Shown here piece by piece: positions 24,456-29,332 of a DNA stretch of 29,332 nt. A program made the position numbers and the translations under genes. The notes beneath the pieces were generated by a model. The model searched no databases. It was not told where the DNA came from and saw only the letters and a list, made by a program, of their open reading frames with translations. How positions within the stretch are numbered: position 1 is the first letter of the stretch; each line of letters begins with the position of its first letter. The stretch comes from an uncultured Candidatus Micrarchaeota archaeon (GTDB taxonomy: Archaea > Micrarchaeota > Micrarchaeia > Burarchaeales > Fermentimicrarchaeaceae). Location of the stretch: the NCBI GenBank assembly GCA_903921825.1, contig CAIXRF010000077.1, forward strand, positions 1 through 29,332, read 5' to 3'.

Positions 24456-25138
24456 AGCCTAAGTCTCTTCTTCACCTTGCTCCTCAGCTGTGCAAGCTTC
24501 GGGAATATGCGAGTAAGCGCTGGTGAGTAGCTGCCATGCGCGCTCGTCCTGCGCGAGAGCAGCGCCTTCCTGAACCCCTCAAGGTCGCCGGCGTCGGCCT
24601 CAGTCCATGCCCTCCCGACTTCCCACGTGGTATGCGAATCGCTGCCTGCAGTTTCCGCAAGCCCGTGCTTCTTCGCAAACTTCTTCGCCTCTTCGTTGTG
24701 GCGGGGGTCTATCACGCGCGGGTTGAACACCTCCACGGCATCCACCTTGCGCGCAAGCCTGGCCAGCTGCTCCGGGGGCAGCACGTCCCTGAACGAGTCG
24801 AACGGATGCGGCAGGACCACGATTCCGTCCTGCTTCCTTATCTCATCAATGACTTCCAGCGGCGTCCTGTTCATCCCGCTTATCTCCTCATCAAGGAAAA
24901 GGCCGATTATCTCACAAACCCGCTTTCCCTGGGGCTTCACCCCGATTTCCTCGCCCTTTATCACGAGGATTCCGCTCCCCCTTGCGGCCTTCTCGACCTC
25001 TGCACAAGCAGAGAACCTGCTGTGGTCCGTCACTGCGACGCCCTGCAGCCCCTTTCTTTTTGCGATGAGCGGCAGTTTCTCCGGAGGCACCCAGGAGTCC
25101 GGCGAGTGGTTCGTGTGGATGTGGAGGTCCGCCTTCAT
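24452..25138 (-). CDS. PHP-domain (polymerase/histidinol-phosphatase family) metal-dependent phosphoesterase.
   Basis: From ATG 25138: MKADLHIHTNHSPDS...GVAVTDHS...GEEIG...VLPHPFD...AGSDSHT, the conserved His/Asp metal ligands of PHP. The tracked ORF's first 73 aa (to 25357) are an out-of-frame extension overlapping the upstream gene, so I trimmed them. The gap to the upstream gene is 4 nt. Confidence 0.8.
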   Translation of the reverse strand: MKADLHIHTNHSPDSWVPPEKLPLIAKRKGLQGVAVTDHSRFSACAEVEKAARGSGILVIKGEEIGVKPQGKRVCEIIGLFLDEEISGMNRTPLEVIDEIRKQDGIVVLPHPFDSFRDVLPPEQLARLARKVDAVEVFNPRVIDPRHNEEAKKFAKKHGLAETAGSDSHTTWEVGRAWTEADAGDLEGFRKALLSRRTSAHGSYSPALTRIFPKLAQLRSKVKKRLRL

Positions 25139-25142
25139 CTTC

Positions 25143-25778
25143 CTACTCCGCGTTGCTCGCAACAAACCACATCCTCTGGACGAGGGTGAATACGGAAAGG
25201 ATGACCGCGAGGATGATTGCCGCATCCAGATAAAGCGGGTAGGCATGCCAGAGGAGCATTCCGAGGAAGATGAGCCCGAGCCTCTCCGCCCTCTCGAGGA
25301 CGCCGCCCATCTTCCGCAGCTTCTTCTCGTCCGTGAGCGCCTTCCTGTGGTCTGCATATGCGCGGGCGAAGCTCACCATGCACGTGCCGAAGAAAAGAAG
25401 GAGCACGAGCAGCTGCCACATCGGCACAGCATAGCCTGCGAACACGACTTCCGGCAGCCCGAAGAGCATGAGCCCTCCGAGGAGCAGCGCCTCCACGAAG
25501 CGGTCCATCATCCCGTCGAGGTAGGCGCCGAAGTTGCTCACGCTGCCGGTTACGCGCGCTACCCCGCCGTCAATCGCGTCCATTAAGCCGGAAATGAGGA
25601 AGAGCGCGAGCCCCCACCCCATCTCGTGGTAATACGCAAGCGCGACGAAGCCAAGGAGCGCCGGAACGAGCGAGAGCAGGGTCCACTGGTTGGGCGTGAG
25701 CGGAATCCTCGAGAACGCTACCCCCAGCTTTATCCCTATCCTCTCAGCCAGCTCGGGAAACCCGGACTTCGCAACCAT
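25143..25778 (-). CDS. CDP-alcohol phosphatidyltransferase family membrane enzyme (AIP-synthase/AGP-synthase-like).
   Basis: The signature DAIDGGVARVTGSVSNFGAYLDGMMDRFVE matches D-G-x2-A-R-x8-G-x3-D-x3-D. ~211 aa with six hydrophobic helices. Confidence 0.85.
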   Translation of the reverse strand: MVAKSGFPELAERIGIKLGVAFSRIPLTPNQWTLLSLVPALLGFVALAYYHEMGWGLALFLISGLMDAIDGGVARVTGSVSNFGAYLDGMMDRFVEALLLGGLMLFGLPEVVFAGYAVPMWQLLVLLLFFGTCMVSFARAYADHRKALTDEKKLRKMGGVLERAERLGLIFLGMLLWHAYPLYLDAAIILAVILSVFTLVQRMWFVASNAE

Positions 25779-25782
25779 GCGC

Positions 25783-26262
25783 TCACGACACTTCCACGTG
25801 GTAGCTTATGTCGCCCACGATGTTGTGCAGTATGCCCGTCCTGTCGTCCGTGTATCCTATGTAGATGGTTCCGCGGTAGAACTCCCCTGCAGCGGGATAG
25901 GTACCGTCCGCCTTCTCGCAGTTCGGGAGCCCGGTGAGGTTCTTGTGCCTGCCGCTCTGCACTATGATCGCGGGACTTACCGTGACGATGTACGGGTCAG
26001 TCTCCTTGGCCGAGCAGCCTATGGACGTCAGCCGTATGTCTCCGCCGCTAGCCTGCCCCAGGTCCAGCTCGAGGACGCCTCCGTCCTTCACTGAATAACC
26101 GTAGCAGGAGAAGCCCCCGGGAAGGACGCACGAGTTCGGCGATGCGGTCTGGGGGTTGAACACGCCCAGCATGAAGAGGACCGCAACTACTACAAGCATG
26201 ATTAGGACTGCCCAACCGTAAGTCATGAGGAATTCCATAGCTGATTGGCCGCGCATGTCCAT
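25783..26262 (-). CDS. Pilin-like protein with a class III signal peptide.
   Basis: [37 protein letters not shown], with Glu at +5, then a ~110-aa globular part. ATG 26262 is preferred: GGAGAGGTG lies 7 nt upstream, and the track's 26268 is TTG. Its stop is 4 nt from the CDP-alcohol transferase start. Confidence 0.8.
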   Translation of the reverse strand: MDMRGQSAMEFLMTYGWAVLIMLVVVAVLFMLGVFNPQTASPNSCVLPGGFSCYGYSVKDGGVLELDLGQASGGDIRLTSIGCSAKETDPYIVTVSPAIIVQSGRHKNLTGLPNCEKADGTYPAAGEFYRGTIYIGYTDDRTGILHNIVGDISYHVEVS

Positions 26263-26300
26263 ATTCAAACACCTCTCCGGAGGTAGTTAAGTGGGCGCAT

Positions 26301-26316
26301 TTATAAGGCTTTTCGG
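26301..26316 (-). promoter_or_regulatory. Shared pilin promoter word: TATA TTATAA plus adjacent GGCTTTTCGG (plus-strand reading).
   Basis: The 16-mer ttataaggcttttcgg is identical at 28840-28855 upstream of another pilin gene. It lies 39-54 nt upstream of ATG 26262. Confidence 0.55.
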
Positions 26317-26317
26317 C

Positions 26318-28156
26318 TCACATCGGGCATGGAGTGTATGACGGTATTGCGCAGCCCGTCTGCTGGTAAAACGTGTTGTTGCTGCCGATTGTCTGTGTGT
26401 TGCTGCACCAGAGGTCGTTCCACGCTATCCCCCGCATGTTGTAGCAGACATAATCATCCGTTAGATTGACCGTGTTCGTGCCGATGGTCATGTTTACTCC
26501 TGTCGCAAAGTTGATGACGCTGCAGTTCTCGATGGTCATCGGAGCTTTCACGAGTATGCCCGTGCCAAAGTTATCCGTATTGTTTATGAAGTTGCCGCTG
26601 CAGTTCAGCGTCGAGCCTTCCGCCCCAGACTCGAAGTCTATGCACGGGAACGTTCCGCCGTAGTTGTTTATCTCGTGGGTCAGGTAGTAGCTTCCGGCTG
26701 CGCTCACCACCGTTCCGCAGTATGCTATCTCGCCGCCTGGCTCCGGCGTGTGCATGGTGCACGGCGCGGCCCTCATGATTCCGCCGCAGCCCGTGTTCGT
26801 GTCAAACGTGTCATCGCCGGAGTTGCCGCTTCCGCCACCGCAGCTGAAGTCCGTAGGGTTGGAGCAGACCGTGTTGCCCGTTATGTTGTTGCTGCTGCTG
26901 GACACGGCCAATTCAACGCCCATAGCGCTGTTCGACTCGATGGTGTTTCCGGAAACGTTGTTGCCGTTGCTGCTGTAGATCTGGAGGCCATGCCCGCAGG
27001 AGTGGGCGTTCAAGCTAAGCGTGTTCCCAGTAATTGTATTGCCATTGCTGCCGGACTCCATCGAGATGCCATTGCAGTTCGAACTGGCATCGTTGTCCGT
27101 GATGTTGTTGTTGCTTGACCCAGAGAGGTACATGCCAGCGCCCACATGGGCGTCTTCGCTGAGGACGTTGTACTCCAGCGTGTTGTGCGCAATGTTGTTG
27201 CCGTTGGACGCATACAGGTAAATGCCCACCTCAAAATACCTCACGGTGCAGTGGCTGACATTCACATTGCTCATGCCCCATGACAGTATGCCTGCGCCCC
27301 AGTTGGTGTTGCCCGTGATTACGTTGTCATTGCAGTCAAGGGTCGAGCCGGATGCGCCTGGAGTGACGTTTATGCAGCTGCAGTCAAAAGATCCGCTTGG
27401 GCAGCTGCTGCCCCCGGTCAGCGGGCCGCTGAGCGTGTAGTCGCCCTGAACGGTTAGCTCCGAGCCTGCTGGCCATGGCGTGTTCGGGTCGCAGGTGGTG
27501 ATTACCTCACTAATTGGCGTCGGAGTCGGAGTGGGCGTAGGCGTCGGCGTAGGCGTTGGCGTCGGAGTTGGAGTCGGAGTGGGCGTCGGAGTAGGCGTAG
27601 GTGTAGGCGTTGCCGTCGGAGTCACCGTGGGCGGCGGAGTTACTTGCTGCACCGCTATCTCCTCATACTTCAGCGACACATCTGCGGCGACCTGGCGCGT
27701 GAACCCCGTGTCCAGCTCCACGTATTCAACGAACATCTTCCCCTTGAACAGGTTGCCTGCCCTTCCGGTTGCAGTGCTGCCATCCTCACTGTGGCACACC
27801 TTTGAGCCGCTTTGGATGAACGCATGGTCCCCATCCACTATCATGACTGGGCTGTCCAGCGCGTCGCCAGAGCCTAGCACCGGCGAGCCCTCCGCGGTGC
27901 ACCTTATCCTCGTGACGTTTATCTGGTGGCCCGTGGACTGGCCGAAGTCAATCCCGAAATTGCCAGTGGTGTTCAGAAGAGGGCCTTTGCACAGGAAATT
28001 CGCCGGGAAGACGCACGTTGAAGCGAGGGGCGTCCTCGGGTTTATCAGGCCGACCCACAGCAGCATGCCTATCGCCACGAGCATTATCAGAATCGCCCAC
28101 CCGTAGGTGGTCAAGTATTCTATCGCCGACTGCCCGCGCAAAGTTTTTGTCGCCAT
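26318..28156 (-). CDS. Pilin-like (class III signal peptide) protein fused, through a long (PT)n linker, to a parallel beta-helix (PbH1/NosD-like) domain.
   Basis: MATKTLRGQSAIEYLTTYGWAILIMLVAIGMLLWVGLINP, then a ~140-aa pilin-like globule, then [35 protein letters not shown]. After that come GN(T/N)I(T/S)(G/D)N repeats (ITGNTLSLNAHSCGHGLQIYSSNGNNVSGNTIESNSAMGVELAVSSSSNNITGNTV...). RBS GGAGGGGTG upstream. Confidence 0.8.
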   Translation of the reverse strand: MATKTLRGQSAIEYLTTYGWAILIMLVAIGMLLWVGLINPRTPLASTCVFPANFLCKGPLLNTTGNFGIDFGQSTGHQINVTRIRCTAEGSPVLGSGDALDSPVMIVDGDHAFIQSGSKVCHSEDGSTATGRAGNLFKGKMFVEYVELDTGFTRQVAADVSLKYEEIAVQQVTPPPTVTPTATPTPTPTPTPTPTPTPTPTPTPTPTPTPTPTPISEVITTCDPNTPWPAGSELTVQGDYTLSGPLTGGSSCPSGSFDCSCINVTPGASGSTLDCNDNVITGNTNWGAGILSWGMSNVNVSHCTVRYFEVGIYLYASNGNNIAHNTLEYNVLSEDAHVGAGMYLSGSSNNNITDNDASSNCNGISMESGSNGNTITGNTLSLNAHSCGHGLQIYSSNGNNVSGNTIESNSAMGVELAVSSSSNNITGNTVCSNPTDFSCGGGSGNSGDDTFDTNTGCGGIMRAAPCTMHTPEPGGEIAYCGTVVSAAGSYYLTHEINNYGGTFPCIDFESGAEGSTLNCSGNFINNTDNFGTGILVKAPMTIENCSVINFATGVNMTIGTNTVNLTDDYVCYNMRGIAWNDLWCSNTQTIGSNNTFYQQTGCAIPSYTPCPM

Positions 28157-28191
28157 GTGGCACCCCTCCTTCAGTTAGTTGGGAAAGGCGT

Positions 28192-28200
28192 GTTTATAAT
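28192..28200 (-). promoter_or_regulatory. TATA box (tttataat on the plus strand; attataaa on the minus strand) for the pilin-PbH1 gene.
   Basis: It lies 36-44 nt upstream of ATG 28156 and is followed by GGAGGGGTG. Confidence 0.45.
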
Positions 28201-28225
28201 TTTGAGGGTGCGCGCCCGCCATAAA

Positions 28226-28804
28226 CTATGCGTACGTTGGGGTTGGAGTTGGCGGACCCGGGGTGGGCGTTATTGGCGGGGTGGGGGTCGAAATCGGCGT
28301 TGCAGTCGGGGTCGCAGACGCGCTCTCCACGCGGAACGCTATCTCGCCCACGGCCTTGTGCTGGACGTTCGTTTCCTCGTCGGTGTAGAGAACGTAGATG
28401 TGCCCGCTGTAGTATTCGTCCACGTTGGGCGGCGTGGTGCCGTCAGCCTTCGTGCAGTTTGCGTTAAGCGTGATCCTGTCCCCGCTATGAAGCTCCTCAT
28501 TAACCGAGGTATAAGTGGGGGTGTCGTTTTCCGAGCATGCGATCTCATCTATGCTGATGGTATGCCCCATATTCTGCACGAGGACGAGCGTCAGCGCGCC
28601 CCTCACGCTGTCCGAGCCTTCTATCTTGTAGTCCTGGCATGCGAAGCCGGACGGAAGGACGCACACTCTCGGAGAAACGGTCTTGGGGTTGAAGACGCCC
28701 AGGTAGAATAGTATGACGACCACCGCGAGCAGTATCACTATCGCCCAACCGTACGTCATCAGGAACTCTATGGCCGATTGCGCGCGTGATTCATTGCCCC
28801 TCAT
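28226..28804 (-). CDS. Pilin-like protein with a class III signal peptide and a PT-rich C-terminal tail.
   Basis: [40 protein letters not shown] ... C-terminus [29 protein letters not shown]. The globular part aligns with the 25783..26262 protein. Confidence 0.8.
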   Translation of the reverse strand: MRGNESRAQSAIEFLMTYGWAIVILLAVVVILFYLGVFNPKTVSPRVCVLPSGFACQDYKIEGSDSVRGALTLVLVQNMGHTISIDEIACSENDTPTYTSVNEELHSGDRITLNANCTKADGTTPPNVDEYYSGHIYVLYTDEETNVQHKAVGEIAFRVESASATPTATPISTPTPPITPTPGPPTPTPTYA

Positions 28805-28839
28805 AGTGCATCCCTCTGCGGATTAGTCGCTTGGAGTGC

Positions 28840-28855
28840 TTATAAGGCTTTTCGG
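28840..28855 (-). promoter_or_regulatory. Shared pilin promoter word ttataaggcttttcgg.
   Basis: Identical 16-mer to 26301-26316. It lies 36-51 nt upstream of ATG 28804. Confidence 0.55.
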
Positions 28856-28880
28856 TTTGCGCCAGCTGTATCTGCCACTG

Positions 28881-29332
28881 TTAAGGTCCGCCCCCAGCGG
28901 CTGTGCCCGCGTAGAGACCAAAACTACTCCATGCCAAGGAGTTCACGCCCTCTCCCGGGAAATTATGCCACAGCGACCATGACTCCGGGCCTGAATTCCA
29001 GAAATAGACGTTCCCTCCAGATGTGCCTGCATAAAGATTGCTAGAATACCAAGAAAGGGAGTTCACGCCCTCTCCCGGGAAATTATGCCACAGCGACCAT
29101 GACTCCGGGCCTGAATTCCAGAAATAGACGTTCCCTCCAGATGTGCCTGCATAAACATCACTGTAATACTCAACAACGGAATTTACGCTCTCGCCAGGGA
29201 AATTATGCCACAGCGAAATGGAGTCAGTTCCCGAATTGTAATAGTAGATGTTCCCCGCAGACGTGCCCACGTAAAGATTTCCCGACCCGCCCAGAAGCGC
29301 TATGGCGTTCACGCCCTCTCCCGGGAAATTAT
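28881..29332 (-). CDS. C-terminal part (N-terminus outside the window) of a protein built from ~40-aa tandem repeats, possibly beta-propeller-like.
   Basis: Repeats of YAGTSGGNVYFWNSGPESWSLWHNFPGEGVNSL. The reading frame stays open to the window edge. TAA at 28881-28883. Confidence 0.6.
   Translation of the reverse strand, partial: NFPGEGVNAIALLGGSGNLYVGTSAGNIYYYNSGTDSISLWHNFPGESVNSVVEYYSDVYAGTSGGNVYFWNSGPESWSLWHNFPGEGVNSLSWYSSNLYAGTSGGNVYFWNSGPESWSLWHNFPGEGVNSLAWSSFGLYAGTAAGGGP
28890..29332. repeat. Tandem DNA repeat of 120-bp period with ≥3.5 copies. Two adjacent copies are 100% identical over 97 bp.
   Basis: 28939-29035 equals 29059-29155 exactly. A diverged copy lies at 29179-29275 and another starts at ~29299 and runs off the window. 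Confidence 0.85.

Noticed and set aside
25139-25357. The 73-aa N-terminal extension of the PHP ORF up to 25357.
   Set aside because: It overlaps the CDP-alcohol phosphatidyltransferase gene out of frame and is Arg/Ser-rich junk. The conserved PHP N-terminus MKADLHIHT begins at ATG 25138, 4 nt after the upstream stop.
1-29332. CRISPR arrays, rRNA genes, transposase or integrase genes.
   Set aside because: None were seen. The only regular repeats are coding ones (protein modules, PT linkers, the 120-bp and 150-bp tandem units). No spacer-repeat periodicity and no transposase or integrase motif occurs in any frame.

Overview
This 29.3 kb window is GC-rich (~60%) and densely coded, and it is almost certainly archaeal. 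The evidence is fourfold. It has several class-III (prepilin-type) signal peptides with the N-terminus RGQSA(M/I)E(F/Y)L(M/T)TYGWA and Glu at +5. It encodes a digeranylgeranylglycerophospholipid reductase with a partner 4Fe-4S ferredoxin, RpoK, and an archaeal-type phosphopantothenate synthetase. It has an intron-containing tRNA(CAU). AT-rich TATA boxes sit 25-45 nt upstream of most start codons. I cannot assign a lineage from sequence alone. A DPANN- or Thermoplasmatota-like archaeon is a guess.

Housekeeping and lipid genes are interleaved with a very heavy load of cell-surface genes:
- At least five pilin-like proteins, four of them fused to large ectodomains. The ectodomains contain thrombospondin type-3 Ca-binding repeats, MopE-like Cys repeats, or parallel beta-helix (PbH1) repeats.
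- A tandem trio of giant secreted modular proteins at 8793-16062. Each reiterates a ~180-aa Cys-framed beta-helix module joined by (PT)n linkers. One of them starts with a papain-like C1 peptidase.
- A 120-bp perfect tandem repeat running off the right edge of the window.

Other content:
- A bacterial-type marR-emrA(HlyD)-emrB(MFS) efflux operon.
- A pilin - CDP-alcohol phosphatidyltransferase - PHP phosphoesterase operon.
- A PAP2/polyprenol-kinase fusion.
- A Hef-like helicase adjacent to a circularly permuted GTPase.
- A membrane-anchored wHTH regulator.
- A ~260-nt GC-rich candidate structured ncRNA next to the tRNA.

The best candidates for something undescribed are the modular surface-protein array with its pilin-fused beta-helix relatives, and the CDP-alcohol transferase/PHP pair.

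All functional calls come from motif recognition by eye. No database searches were run.
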